64,000 nt of DNA, taken from positions 1-64,000 of IMG/VR virus record IMGVR_UViG_3300001336_000010, one strand, 5' to 3'. The notes below the pieces were generated by a model. The model saw only the letters and a list, made by a program, of their open reading frames with translations, was not told the DNA's origin and searched no databases. Of the stretch, positions 1 to 9,961 are shown piece after piece. Each line of letters starts with the position of its first letter. Position 1 is the first letter of the stretch. This stretch comes from a virus. The translations under genes were made by a program, and so were the position numbers.

Positions 1-3000
1 ACGCGGCCACGTCCGCGAACGCGGCCGGCGACAGCGCTGATGCGGCTTCGACCAGTGCTTCGACCGCTTCCACGAAAGCGACCGAGGCCAGCCAGTCGGC
101 CACGTCCGCGACCGAGGCCAAGAACGCGGCAGAGACCGCCAAGGCTGGGGCCGAAACCGCCGAGACCAACGCAGCGACCTCGGAAACGAACGCGGCCGGG
201 TCCGCGGCTTCGGCGGGCACGTCGGCCACCAACGCGGCCAACTCCGCGAACGCGGCTGGTGACAGCGCTGATGCGGCTTCGACCAGTGCTTCGACCGCGT
301 CCACGAAAGCGACCGAGGCCAGCCAGTCGGCCACTTCGGCTACCCAAGCCAGGAATGCTGCTCAAACAGCCCGGGCTAGGGCCGAAACCGCCGAGACCAA
401 TGCGGCTCTGTCCGAAACGAACGCGGAAGGGTCCGCAGCTTCCGCTTCCACATCAGCATCCAACGCGGCCAGCTCTGCAAATGACGCTGGGGACAGCGCT
501 GACGCTGCAGCGACCAGTGCGTCGACCGCTTCCACGAAGGCGACCGAGGCCAGCCAGTCCGCTGAAGCCTCTGAAACAGCCCAGCTGGCCGCGGAGACCG
601 CCAAGTCCGGTGCCGAAACCGCAGAGTTCAACGCTGCCACCTCGGAAACGAACGCGGCCGGGTCCGCGGCTTCGGCGGGCACGTCGGCCACCAACGCGGC
701 CTCCGCGAACGCGGCTGGTGACAGCGCTGATGCAGCTTCGACCAGTGCTTCGACCGCTTCCACGAAGGCGGATGAGGCCAGCCAGTCTGCAACCGCAGCC
801 ACCCAAGCCAGGAATGCTGCTCAAACAGCCCGGGCTAGGGCCGAAACCGCCGAGACCAATGCGGCAACCTCGGAAACGAACGCGGAAGGGTCCGCAGCTT
901 CGGCGGGCACGTCGGCCACCAACGCGGCCAATTCCGCGAACGCGGCTGGCGACAGCGCTGACGCAGCTTCGACCAGTGCTTCGACCGCATCCACGAAGGC
1001 CAATGACGCTGAACAGTCTGCCTCGGTAGCTACGGCCGCAAAGGATCTTGCCCAAACGGCCCGGACCCAGGCTCAGAATTTCCGCAACGGGGCCGTGAGT
1101 GCCAAGGAGGACGCCGAGACAGCTTCATCCAACGCTGCCACGTCAGCTGGCATAGCCACGGATGCTGCGAACGATGCTGGTGATAGCGCTGGCGCCGCGG
1201 CTGGTAGTGCCTCGACCGCCGCCTCGAAAGCGACGGATGCCGAGCAGTCGGCGACTGCCGCCCAGGGCTTCAGCACCACCGCCAGGTTGGTAGCTCAAGA
1301 TCTCCTGCCTTCGACGATGGAAGGGGAAGGGGACTTCTGGGTCAAATCGAATAATCAGCCCCCTGAGAACACAACCCCACATACGGATTATATGATCAGC
1401 TCTCTGACTGGGGGCAAGGTGGCTGTTGTTGGACCCACCAACGATACAATTGGCACACGCGGCTGGCTGCGGGTATCTCCGGGCCGGATCTACAAGTTCA
1501 CTGTGCAGGGCTATGTTTTCTCGGGTGGGACTGTCAATTCCCGTCTAGGTGGATATGGGCGGGACGCCACGGGGGCCTCAGCTTCCACCAACACCCAAAA
1601 CCCAGGCAATATCGTACTGACTGAAGCAGAGGGTCTGTTCACTAACTCGGCACTATTTTCTCTGGAAAACGAACCGGGAGTGACGCAGCTTGACGCGGGA
1701 ACGGTTGTTTTCCGTCCTCATTTCCGGGCCAATTCTGGGAGCAGCACCACTGGGACGGTACATCTTATCTCCCTCCTGGTTGAAGATGTCACGGAAAGCG
1801 TTGATGCCTCGAAGAGCGCTGGGGCCGCTTCTGATTTTGCCCAAGCGGCTTCCGTCAGTGCGAACGACGCCGGCCAGGAAGCTGCCGCGGCCACTCAGGC
1901 GAAGAACCTGGCTGAAACAGCCCGAGGGCAGGCTCAGACCTTCCGCAATGAAGCTGCGACTTCGGCCTCTAATGCCGAAGGATCTGCTGACACGGCCACC
2001 ATCCAGGCTGGGGTGGCCACGCAATCTGCAACGGATGCTGGTGTCAGTGCCGGGGCTGCATCTGACAGCGCAACTCTTGCAGGGACCAAGGCCACAGAAG
2101 CTGGCCAGGAGGCAACAGCGGCCACTCAGGCGAAGAACCTGGCTGAGACAGCCAAGGGGCAGGCTCAGACCTTCCGCAACGAAGCAGCGAACTCGGCCTC
2201 GAATGCCGAGGGGTCTGCTGACACAGCCACCATCCAAGCTGGTCTGGCGGCAGGATCAGCAAATGACGCTGGGGGCAGCGCTGACGCCGCCTCAGAAAGT
2301 GCCTCGACGGCTTCGACGAAGGCTGGCGAGGCTGGCGCTTCTGCGGAAGCTGCAAATACGGCGAAACTGGAGGCCCAAACAGCCCGTGGGCAGGCTCAGA
2401 CTTTCCGCAACGAGGCTGCATCTTCCAAGAGTGACGCTGAAGGAGCAGCCAATACAGCTACCATCCAGGCGGGGGTGGCCACGCAATCTGCAACGGATGC
2501 TGGGGAAAGCGCTGATGCCGCCTTCCAGAGTGCTTCGACGGCTTCGACGAAGGCTGATGCGGCTGGTGTTTCGGCTCAAGCCGCAAACGACGCCAAGCTG
2601 GAGGCTGAGACGGCCAAGACCAATGCAGAGGTGGCAAGGAACGAGGCTGTAAGTGCCAAGGATAACGCCGAGGGTTTTGCCTCCGCAGCGTCTGCTAGCC
2701 TTGCGCTGACGGCCAAACTGGCCTCGGCCACCCCGGTTCTGCCCTCGACGTTCGAAGAAGGGGCAATCCACTTCAGTTCCTCGTTCAATGGTCCCCCAGG
2801 GAGGGACCAGAGCTTCTCGGCAGACATGGCCACCCCTGAGAGACCCGATACTGGCCCGTCTATCCGGTTCACAGACACCTCCACTTCGGGGAACCGGATT
2901 GTTGCTTCGCAAGGGGCGATCCGGCTTCAGGAAGGTCACAAGTATCGGCTGCGGGTTCGCTTCATGCGGCTGGGGGCGACGTATACAAACGGGGATCCCT

Positions 3001-4757
3001 TTTCGGTCAATATCCGATATTTGGACAGCTCCTACACCTCGATATCTTCTCGTGTATGGTCGGAGATGGGCAGCAATGATGGGCCCAACAACACGGTGAC
3101 CGAGAAGGATTTCATCCTTGACACCACCGAGGTCACAATCCCATCAGGCACAATCTGGCTGCGCCCAATGGTGTTCAAGCGGGGCGACTACAATGAGACT
3201 GGTCAGTCCAATATGGTCTTGGCCCAGATGCTTTTCGAAGACATCACAGAGGTCGACGCTGCCCAATCCAAGGCCGGTGAGGCTTTCTCGGTTGCTACAA
3301 ATGCATCTTCTGCCACAGCGGGTATCACTCAACAGATCGAAGTCGAGTTTGGGAGCTGGGAAGGTTTCATTCTTGATGCGTCTTCTGCGATAGCCACGGC
3401 TGAAGGGGTTACTGCCAGAGACTACCTTGGAGTGGCCACTGGGGGGGGTGTCGCCTCTCTCGAGCTGCTGTCTTTCGATGGTGTAGAAGGATCGGGCACC
3501 TCGGTTGTCCTGACCGGTGATGAGATCATCGCAGACGGCAGCTTGACAGCCAAGAAACTGAAAGTCGGCTCCGACGCCAACCTGATCAACAACTCTGATT
3601 TCCGTCAGGGCCTGGCGAACTGGACTATAGAGGGGAATGGAAACATTGGGGCCCAAGGTAGCTTCCGGGTCCGTCAGCCTGGGGAAAACTGGGCCGGGAG
3701 CCACCACCCGACGCTTGAGATCAGTACCACTGAGCCTGAGACCAATAATGGTTTTGTCCGGGTCTCTGCCACTCCGATGGACAAGGACGGCAATATTCAA
3801 AAGGGCTATCTGGTTGAAGGTAATGCCTGGTACCAGATGTCCTGCCGCTGGTCCCTGCATCGGTGTAATGCCCGGTTTGTCGTTGACTGGTACGACGCCG
3901 ATGGAGGCAACCTCGGCGTCACTCAGCCCTTCAACGATAACAACCAGATTACCGGTCTAACCAACGACCCTGATAGCTGGCCTAAGAACGGTGTGATAGT
4001 CCAGGCGCCGGCCGGCGCCCGGTATGCTCGAGTGGGCTTCCAGATCTATCGGACGTTGACGCAGCAAACTTCGTTTGCCTTTATTCACAAGCCCTTCTTC
4101 GGACCCACGAAAGAGGGCGCCGATCTGATGAAGTACACCCCGGGAGGGAATACCCTGATCGATGGCAATTCGATCCGGACCGGGACCATCGAGGCGGGGA
4201 TGGGGGTATTCTCCGGGCCGTTGCAGTCCGACGACTTCTCCTCGGGTTCCGATGGATGGCAGATCAACAAGAACGGGTCGGCAGAGTTCAACCAGTTGAT
4301 CGTGCGTGAAAGTCTTGTGGTCGGGTCCGTGTCGGATATTAAGCAAAACTACTTCCCCAACGAGTACCGGTGGTACTCTGACGCCTGGACCCAGAGGGGT
4401 GACGATATTTCTCTTGGTCAAATGAACCCTGAAGATCTCTGGACTATCCACTTTGCGATTCAGTGGAGGAGCACCGGGTTCACACCAAGCGGAGATAAGT
4501 TCGATCCCACTTTTTCGGAAACACGCTTCCGAATTGACAGAGAGTACCAGGAAGACGGAGTCTGGCAGGGTTGGGTTACTATCTATGGCCTTGATACCAG
4601 GGACACATTCTGGCGCCAAGCAAACTTCTTTGAGAACATTGCGGGAAGCTACACAAACGTCCGGTACCGAATGATGACAGCTGTTGCCGGGGGCGAACCT
4701 CATCCCGGTAATCTCTTCAGAGGGGCTAACCTCTCCGCCAGAAAGATCGTCAGATAA
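1..4757 (+). CDS. Long tail fibre / tail-tip host-specificity protein (5' end outside window)
   Basis: The frame of ORF 1095..4757 stays open back to base 3 (AATSANAAGDSADAAST...). It has Ala/Ser/Thr-rich heptad repeats, beta-rich carbohydrate-binding-like modules, and a C-terminal GWQINKNGSAEFN motif typical of lambda J-like tip proteins. Confidence 0.85.
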   Translation, partial: AATSANAAGDSADAASTSASTASTKATEASQSATSATEAKNAAETAKAGAETAETNAATSETNAAGSAASAGTSATNAANSANAAGDSADAASTSASTASTKATEASQSATSATQARNAAQTARARAETAETNAALSETNAEGSAASASTSASNAASSANDAGDSADAAATSASTASTKATEASQSAEASETAQLAAETAKSGAETAEFNAATSETNAAGSAASAGTSATNAASANAAGDSADAASTSASTASTKADEASQSATAATQARNAAQTARARAETAETNAATSETNAEGSAASAGTSATNAANSANAAGDSADAASTSASTASTKANDAEQSASVATAAKDLAQTARTQAQNFRNGAVSAKEDAETASSNAATSAGIATDAANDAGDSAGAAAGSASTAASKATDAEQSATAAQGFSTTARLVAQDLLPSTMEGEGDFWVKSNNQPPENTTPHTDYMISSLTGGKVAVVGPTNDTIGTRGWLRVSPGRIYKFTVQGYVFSGGTVNSRLGGYGRDATGASASTNTQNPGNIVLTEAEGLFTNSALFSLENEPGVTQLDAGTVVFRPHFRANSGSSTTGTVHLISLLVEDVTESVDASKSAGAASDFAQAASVSANDAGQEAAAATQAKNLAETARGQAQTFRNEAATSASNAEGSADTATIQAGVATQSATDAGVSAGAASDSATLAGTKATEAGQEATAATQAKNLAETAKGQAQTFRNEAANSASNAEGSADTATIQAGLAAGSANDAGGSADAASESASTASTKAGEAGASAEAANTAKLEAQTARGQAQTFRNEAASSKSDAEGAANTATIQAGVATQSATDAGESADAAFQSASTASTKADAAGVSAQAANDAKLEAETAKTNAEVARNEAVSAKDNAEGFASAASASLALTAKLASATPVLPSTFEEGAIHFSSSFNGPPGRDQSFSADMATPERPDTGPSIRFTDTSTSGNRIVASQGAIRLQEGHKYRLRVRFMRLGATYTNGDPFSVNIRYLDSSYTSISSRVWSEMGSNDGPNNTVTEKDFILDTTEVTIPSGTIWLRPMVFKRGDYNETGQSNMVLAQMLFEDITEVDAAQSKAGEAFSVATNASSATAGITQQIEVEFGSWEGFILDASSAIATAEGVTARDYLGVATGGGVASLELLSFDGVEGSGTSVVLTGDEIIADGSLTAKKLKVGSDANLINNSDFRQGLANWTIEGNGNIGAQGSFRVRQPGENWAGSHHPTLEISTTEPETNNGFVRVSATPMDKDGNIQKGYLVEGNAWYQMSCRWSLHRCNARFVVDWYDADGGNLGVTQPFNDNNQITGLTNDPDSWPKNGVIVQAPAGARYARVGFQIYRTLTQQTSFAFIHKPFFGPTKEGADLMKYTPGGNTLIDGNSIRTGTIEAGMGVFSGPLQSDDFSSGSDGWQINKNGSAEFNQLIVRESLVVGSVSDIKQNYFPNEYRWYSDAWTQRGDDISLGQMNPEDLWTIHFAIQWRSTGFTPSGDKFDPTFSETRFRIDREYQEDGVWQGWVTIYGLDTRDTFWRQANFFENIAGSYTNVRYRMMTAVAGGEPHPGNLFRGANLSARKIVR
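30..1260 (+). repeat. Coding tandem repeat, ~231-nt (77-aa) unit, block 1
   Basis: GA(C/T)AGCGCTG anchor at 30, 261, 492, 720, 951 and 1182 (periods 231, 231, 228, 231, 231). Confidence 0.9.
1850..2700 (+). repeat. Coding tandem repeat, 231-nt unit, block 2
   Basis: GGCTCAGAC anchor (AQTFRNEAA) at 1931, 2162 and 2393. Confidence 0.85.
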
Positions 4758-4772
4758 ATAGGGGCATACAAG

Positions 4773-5171
4773 ATGATAATTTGGGCAAAACTTGAGACCG
4801 ACGGCTGCGTGTACTACGCGGGAATCTCGAAAGAGCTACCCACGGGTGCAGTTCAGCTACCCAGGGGTGTTATGCCTTCGGGAACCGGCTCTCTGATGTA
4901 CACTGAAGAAGAGGGGTGGGCCGAAAGGCCCCTCCTCCCTGACCCCGTGATCTCGGGCAACACAGTCTCAATGAGTAGCCCGCCGGAAGGGCTCCGCTGT
5001 ATTGTCATAGACTTTGAGACTCAGGCGCAACTCGGGAGTGTTTCTCCCGAGGAAGGAGAGCTGCTGGTTGAACTTCCGGACCCGGGGGTCTACCGACTTG
5101 AATTCGAGACACCCAGACCCTTCCAGAAGCCAGAAGATTTGATCTTCGAAGTTCAGGAGGAAGAAACATGA
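4773..5171 (+). CDS. Tail fibre-associated hypothetical protein
   Basis: Follows the fibre gene; ATGA-coupled to the next gene. Confidence 0.6.
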   Translation: MIIWAKLETDGCVYYAGISKELPTGAVQLPRGVMPSGTGSLMYTEEEGWAERPLLPDPVISGNTVSMSSPPEGLRCIVIDFETQAQLGSVSPEEGELLVELPDPGVYRLEFETPRPFQKPEDLIFEVQEEET

Positions 5172-5605
5172 CTGTAGTGACTCGAAATCAGAGTGCAATC
5201 CAAGCAGCCAAAGACCGGAAGCTGGGGGGAATTCGAGAGGCCCACATGAGGCGGGCTAACCAGATGATCGGAAAACTCAGAGAGAATTTCGTTACGTCCC
5301 TCCCCGGCCAGGACATGATCTACAAAGCCAAGGAGGATGAAGCCCGGTTGTATCTGTCCTTGGACCCCGAACCCGAAACACTGGATGGGTTCCCCTTCCT
5401 CAGAGCTGAGATAGGCATCCTGGCTCCCACAGCGGAGCTGGTAGCGCAGACGTGGATTGGTATGGGCGCTTACTGGCGAGAGGTAGCCGCCTCACTGGAG
5501 GGCCTTCGTATCGGGACCAAGGGGGCGCTTTCAGCGGCCAGTTCTGAGGCTGAGATGGACCAGATTATGGAAACCTTTGAACAGCAACTGGAGGCCTTGG
5601 GATGA
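5168..5605 (+). CDS. Putative tail fibre assembly/chaperone-type protein
   Basis: PGQDMIYKAKEDEAR...FPFLRAE motif common downstream of fibre genes; RBS GGAGG. Confidence 0.6.
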   Translation: MTVVTRNQSAIQAAKDRKLGGIREAHMRRANQMIGKLRENFVTSLPGQDMIYKAKEDEARLYLSLDPEPETLDGFPFLRAEIGILAPTAELVAQTWIGMGAYWREVAASLEGLRIGTKGALSAASSEAEMDQIMETFEQQLEALG

Positions 5606-6027
5606 TCCGCTTCGCAAAACGACATGATATCCCAGAAATGGCCCTCCTGGCCTTTCGGAACCGGGAGAGCTTCGGGGGCCTCATGACAGCAGAAGATCTG
5701 AACCGGATGCTCCGTGAGGAGGCGTCTCTTCTCATCGTGGCTGAGACCCACAAACTGGTCGAGTTCTCGGTCATGAAGATCTCTCACCACCCAGATCTTC
5801 GGATATGGTCCTCCTTCACCGCCGCGGAACCCGGCACCTCCTCTGAGATCAAGAGGCAGGTTCGGGAGTTCCAGGTCAAGATCGCCAAAGAGCTCGGGTT
5901 CGATAAGATATGGGGGCATGTTTTGCACAGCAACCCCGCAGCTCTGGCTCGGCGTATCAAGTCCGGTTGGACAGTGGAACAGGAAGGCTCCAGGGCTTCC
6001 CTGATCAGCCTGGAGGTCGCGACGTGA
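5602..6027 (+). CDS. Hypothetical protein, possible GNAT-fold
   Basis: Starts MIRFAKRHDIPEM (GNAT-like first strand and helix); AKELGFDKIW and GW motifs. Confidence 0.45.
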   Translation: MIRFAKRHDIPEMALLAFRNRESFGGLMTAEDLNRMLREEASLLIVAETHKLVEFSVMKISHHPDLRIWSSFTAAEPGTSSEIKRQVREFQVKIAKELGFDKIWGHVLHSNPAALARRIKSGWTVEQEGSRASLISLEVAT

Positions 6028-6344
6028 GGCAGCTCCCCCGCCCAATCTACATCACCTGGCGTGTTTTCCAATCCTTCGGCCAGACAGGTACTAGGTTGTT
6101 CAATGCAGTCGTTCTGGGGGGATCCACCCGACAGTCCACCAGCGCACGGGTTCACGTCGAGCAATGGCCTCGGGCCAGGGTGTGGATCAACAACTTCTTC
6201 CGCCTGTTCGGCCAGGAGGATCACTGCAGGGACTCCTGGGAGGCTGAGGTACATGACGCCCTGAGAACCCTCGAAAAGAACAAGATGTTTGAAGTCAAGT
6301 CCTGTTCCCAGAAACCTCCCAAGCATACTACCCGTAGCAGATAG
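6024..6344 (+). CDS. Hypothetical phage protein
   Basis: GTG start overlaps the upstream TGA, RBS GGAGG; STSAR...INNFF...DHCRDSW motif. Confidence 0.55.
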   Translation: MRQLPRPIYITWRVFQSFGQTGTRLFNAVVLGGSTRQSTSARVHVEQWPRARVWINNFFRLFGQEDHCRDSWEAEVHDALRTLEKNKMFEVKSCSQKPPKHTTRSR

Positions 6345-6356
6345 AAGGATATCCCT

Positions 6357-7046
6357 ATGGGAAAGCAGAAGACGAAGCCTCGCTACCAATCGGAGGAGGC
6401 TACGCCTCCTATCAGACAGCGCCGAGCACCACCGCTCAAACCCCGCAATGCGCGCCAGGCAGATCTGCTTTCCCTTCTCAGCACTCGTCAACTGACATTC
6501 GCCACTGGCCCCGCCGGCACGGGCAAATCCTATTGCGCCACTCGGTTCGCCTGCAGCCTGTTCGACACCCGGCAGATCGACAAGATCGTCGTCACCCGCC
6601 CAATGGTCACCTCGGAGGAAGACCCAGGGTTTCTGCCAGGGACGCTGGGGGAGAAATATGCCCCCTATTTTGCCCCAATCCGGGAGATCCTGGAGGAAGA
6701 CTTGGGCCGGGGTCAGATCGAGTATTTCATCAAGAGCGGCCAGATAGAAATTGCCCCACTGGCTTTCCTACGGGGCCACACTTTCAAAAACTGCTTCGTG
6801 CTGTTCGATGAGTGCCAGAACACCACCAAGTCGCAGATGAAGCTGTTCCTGACCCGGATCGGGGAAGGGGCGCGTCTCTGCCTGATGGGGGACACCGAAC
6901 AGGTGGATGAGCCGCATTTCTGTGGTCTGGAAGACGCTGTGGACCGGTTCGGCCGTCTACCCGAAACCGGCCTGGTTGAGTTTCTCGACGAGGACATTGT
7001 CCGGTCCCCTCTGGTGCGAAAAATTGTTTCCGGTTACCGGAGATAA
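6357..7046 (+). CDS. phoH: PhoH-family ATPase
   Basis: GPAGTGKS Walker A, PGFLPG, LAFLRGHTF, DECQN, LTRIGE, DIVRS. Confidence 0.95.
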   Translation: MGKQKTKPRYQSEEATPPIRQRRAPPLKPRNARQADLLSLLSTRQLTFATGPAGTGKSYCATRFACSLFDTRQIDKIVVTRPMVTSEEDPGFLPGTLGEKYAPYFAPIREILEEDLGRGQIEYFIKSGQIEIAPLAFLRGHTFKNCFVLFDECQNTTKSQMKLFLTRIGEGARLCLMGDTEQVDEPHFCGLEDAVDRFGRLPETGLVEFLDEDIVRSPLVRKIVSGYRR

Positions 7047-7106
7047 ACCAGTATTAACCGCAAATAGTCCTTAGGCTCTGACTTGAAAATCCAAGTCGAG
7101 AAGCCG

Positions 7107-7391
7107 ATGAACATTCAAACACCAAAGTATGGTAACTGGCTCACCTTTGGGAATGTGCTGACCATTATGTTTGGCGTGATATCCGCCACGGGCATGTTCT
7201 TCATCATGGACGCCAGAACACAGTCCAACGAGCGATATATCGTTGAAATCCGATCGGACGTGTCGAAGGTCGAGGAGGACGTTCGCGTCCTACAGACCGA
7301 CAGCGCCCGAAGCGAAGAGAAGTACATCGCTATCTTCAATTTGCTGAACCGGATCGACAGCAAAATAGAGCGTCTTGAGAGGCAGAGATAA
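7107..7391 (+). CDS. Membrane-anchored coiled-coil protein (possible lysis accessory)
   Basis: N-terminal transmembrane helix followed by a coiled coil. Confidence 0.55.
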   Translation: MNIQTPKYGNWLTFGNVLTIMFGVISATGMFFIMDARTQSNERYIVEIRSDVSKVEEDVRVLQTDSARSEEKYIAIFNLLNRIDSKIERLERQR

Positions 7392-8485
7392 TGGCCATGA
7401 CCGCCCAGCAGGAGGCGGTTTGGAGCCGTCGTGAAAAGGGGATGTCCCAGAGGGAGATCGCTGAAGAACTCAACATCTCACGGCGTACAGTACGAGGACA
7501 CCTCGCTGCGGTGAAGACAGACCCGGCCATTGCCGAAGCTATGGCCGCGTTCGGGCTCGAGATCCAACCTAACCAGGTGTGGTTCAAGAACCCACAGTTC
7601 TCTGTCCAGGCCAAGATCAAACCTCAGGGCGAAGCAGACTTTCTGACACGGGTCACTGAGGCCTTCGAGAACATCCCCCAAGCCCCTGATATCCAACGCA
7701 GGTTCCCGATCGATACCGAAATGATGGTGGTCTATCCGCTGTTCGATGTTCATCTGGGAATGCGCGCCCATGCAGGGGTTTCCGGTGAGGAAACCGACCT
7801 GAAGACGGGCGCGCAGCGTGTTCTAGAGGGGCTTTCCTATATCATGGGAGGGTCACCGAATTCCTACCGGGCCGTCATCATAAACGGCGGCGATTTCACT
7901 CACCAGACCGATGACATGAACAAGACCCGCCGAAGCGGCCATGGCCTCGATGTGGATGGTCGGAATGTGATGACGGTCCTGGAGGCCATAGAAGTGATCT
8001 CGGCCGGGATCGAGATGGCTCTCACCAAGCATGAGGTCGTGGACTATTACTCCGTTCCAGGTAACCACGACCCCCAAAACTGGGAAACGATCCTGATCGG
8101 CTTACGGGAACGCTATCGCAACCACCCTAGGGTGACGATCTACTTCAACTTCGACTTCGCGAATTCATCCGAGTTCTCGGTTGTTGAACATGGCGAGGTC
8201 GCGCTTTTCATCCACCACGGGGACAAGCGTACCCCGAAAGACCTGGCGATGTTCTGTGCGGCCGAGTTCCCAGACGTCTGGGGTCGGACCCGCTACCGTC
8301 TGCTGATCACAGGGCATCTTCACCACCTCAAGGTCGACGAGTTTCCAGGCATCACCTGGATGCAAATGCCCGCCCTCACCGTGCGCGACCAGCATGCCTC
8401 CGGGGGCTACCGCTCCCACTCTCTGATCATGGCCATGGGGTTCGATCGGAGGAGTGAAATTTCACGAAACCAGTGGAGACTATGA
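7391..8485 (+). CDS. HTH + calcineurin-like metallophosphoesterase
   Basis: N-terminal HTH (GMSQREIAEELNISRRTV); DVHLG, GGDFTH, GNHD, HHGD and GHLHH motifs. Confidence 0.85.
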   Translation: MAMTAQQEAVWSRREKGMSQREIAEELNISRRTVRGHLAAVKTDPAIAEAMAAFGLEIQPNQVWFKNPQFSVQAKIKPQGEADFLTRVTEAFENIPQAPDIQRRFPIDTEMMVVYPLFDVHLGMRAHAGVSGEETDLKTGAQRVLEGLSYIMGGSPNSYRAVIINGGDFTHQTDDMNKTRRSGHGLDVDGRNVMTVLEAIEVISAGIEMALTKHEVVDYYSVPGNHDPQNWETILIGLRERYRNHPRVTIYFNFDFANSSEFSVVEHGEVALFIHHGDKRTPKDLAMFCAAEFPDVWGRTRYRLLITGHLHHLKVDEFPGITWMQMPALTVRDQHASGGYRSHSLIMAMGFDRRSEISRNQWRL

Positions 8486-9123
8486 TGAAGACCCTCGACA
8501 TCCAGCACACCCTGAAGTCCCTAGGATACAACCCTGGTCCCTTGGATGGGATCGATGGACCAAAAACGCAGGCGGCACTCGCGCTGTACAACCGCCAGAA
8601 CCGAACGCCTCTGCACCGCGCACAGCCGCTGCCCTGGATGCGGGAAATCACGTCGGTCTTTGGGATGCACGAGGTCCGCGACAACGTCGCTCTGAGCCGC
8701 TGGTTGCGTTCCGATGGCCGCTTCCTTGGCGACCCGGCCCAGCTCCCCTGGTGTGGTGACGCCATTGATACTGCGTTCCGTCTGACACTGACGAAGGAGG
8801 TTCTCCCTCCGAAGCTCGAGGAGAACCCATATTGGGCGCGGCACTGGTCCGAGTTCGGCCAGGCATGCCCCCCCGTCTTTGGCGCGGTCGTGACCTTCTC
8901 CCGTGGTTCGGGAGGCCATGTGGGCTTCTTGATTGGCGTTTCTCGCGACGGGAAGCTGCTTCGGGTTCGGGGCGGCAACCAGTCGGACATGGTGACTGAC
9001 AGCTGGATTGGAGCGCATCGCCTACTGGCCTCCCGCTGGCCGAGCTCGGTCTCGACCCGGCTGCAGAAGCCCGCACCGGTGCTCGACTATGATGGTGGTT
9101 TTGTGTCCACGAACGAGGCCTGA
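8482..9123 (+). CDS. Endolysin: peptidoglycan-binding domain + TIGR02594/NlpC-P60-like peptidase
   Basis: LGYNPGPLDGIDGPKT binding motif; PWCG, GGHVGF, GGNQSD. Confidence 0.9.
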   Translation: MMKTLDIQHTLKSLGYNPGPLDGIDGPKTQAALALYNRQNRTPLHRAQPLPWMREITSVFGMHEVRDNVALSRWLRSDGRFLGDPAQLPWCGDAIDTAFRLTLTKEVLPPKLEENPYWARHWSEFGQACPPVFGAVVTFSRGSGGHVGFLIGVSRDGKLLRVRGGNQSDMVTDSWIGAHRLLASRWPSSVSTRLQKPAPVLDYDGGFVSTNEA

Positions 9124-9125
9124 TC

Positions 9126-9356
9126 ATGCTCCGCTATCTCACCACACTGGTGTTCGGACGTGGATCCTCCGGTAAGCGTGAGGGGGGTTGGGTCGTTTTT
9201 GTCATAACGACAGGGATCCTGCTCTGGCTGATCAGGGAGCATGCACAAGGCAAGGACATGTCGGCGTTCATCGGGCTGATGACCATTGCCTGGCCGGCGT
9301 CCATGGGGGCTGCTGTTGGGCCTCATGTCCTCCATCATATAAAGCCTCCAAAATGA
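9126..9356 (+). CDS. Putative holin
   Basis: 76 aa with two hydrophobic helices, directly after the endolysin. Confidence 0.6.
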   Translation: MLRYLTTLVFGRGSSGKREGGWVVFVITTGILLWLIREHAQGKDMSAFIGLMTIAWPASMGAAVGPHVLHHIKPPK

Positions 9357-9712
9357 GAATACTCCTCCTCTGCTTCCTCCTGGCTGGCTGTGGCGCCAGC
9401 CCCCTCAATCTCCTCACCGGAGGGGGGCCCAATGTCGCGGCCAACGTCCAGGCCGGCCAGACCAATTCTCAGACGGTTGGAACCACCAACAACGTGTCGC
9501 AGAAACTGGTTCGCCCAGTGGCCCGTGAAATCCGGCAGTCGAATGACACAAGCCGGGTCAAGTCTGATCGTGTGGAGACCGTGACGATGAATGAAGGACT
9601 AAACCACTGGTGGTTAATCGGCATTCTTCTCTGGTCACTGCTTTTGTGGGAACTTCCACGCCCCGCTCAGATGGGAGCTTGGATCAACAAGAAGGTATTC
9701 CGGCGTGGATGA
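9353..9712 (+). CDS. Lipoprotein with C-terminal TM helix, putative unimolecular spanin
   Basis: MRILLLCFLLAG-C lipobox plus C-terminal hydrophobic segment; last gene of the lysis cassette. Confidence 0.6.
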   Translation: MRILLLCFLLAGCGASPLNLLTGGGPNVAANVQAGQTNSQTVGTTNNVSQKLVRPVAREIRQSNDTSRVKSDRVETVTMNEGLNHWWLIGILLWSLLLWELPRPAQMGAWINKKVFRRG

Positions 9713-9938
9713 AGAAGACGAGGTATATATCCCGGTCGAGGTCACGCTGCTGGTTGAGATCGGCGGGGACGTCCACTTCCACAGGATAATGTGCGAAGCG
9801 CCGGAGTTCGAGATATCTTCCCAGATCGTCTCGACCTATGCCGAAATGGAGGGTGCTCGGATCCGGATCTGGCACAATGAGAAACCCTCGGAGCTTCCTC
9901 CAGCGGCCAACCATTGGGGCAGCCTCGTCCTGCAATGA
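9705..9938 (+). CDS. Hypothetical protein
   Basis: 77-aa ORF overlapping the upstream stop and ending at the terminator. Confidence 0.5.
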   Translation: MDEEDEVYIPVEVTLLVEIGGDVHFHRIMCEAPEFEISSQIVSTYAEMEGARIRIWHNEKPSELPPAANHWGSLVLQ

Positions 9939-9961
9939 AAAAGGCCCCGAAGGGCCTTTTT
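9938..9961. terminator. Bidirectional intrinsic terminator
   Basis: AAAAAGGCCC-CGAA-GGGCCTTTTT between convergent gene blocks. Confidence 0.9.

Noticed and set aside
40-1029. 329-aa Arg/Pro-rich ORF and reverse-strand Ala-rich ORFs
   Set aside because: Shadow frames of the repetitive tail fibre gene, whose own frame is open from the window start
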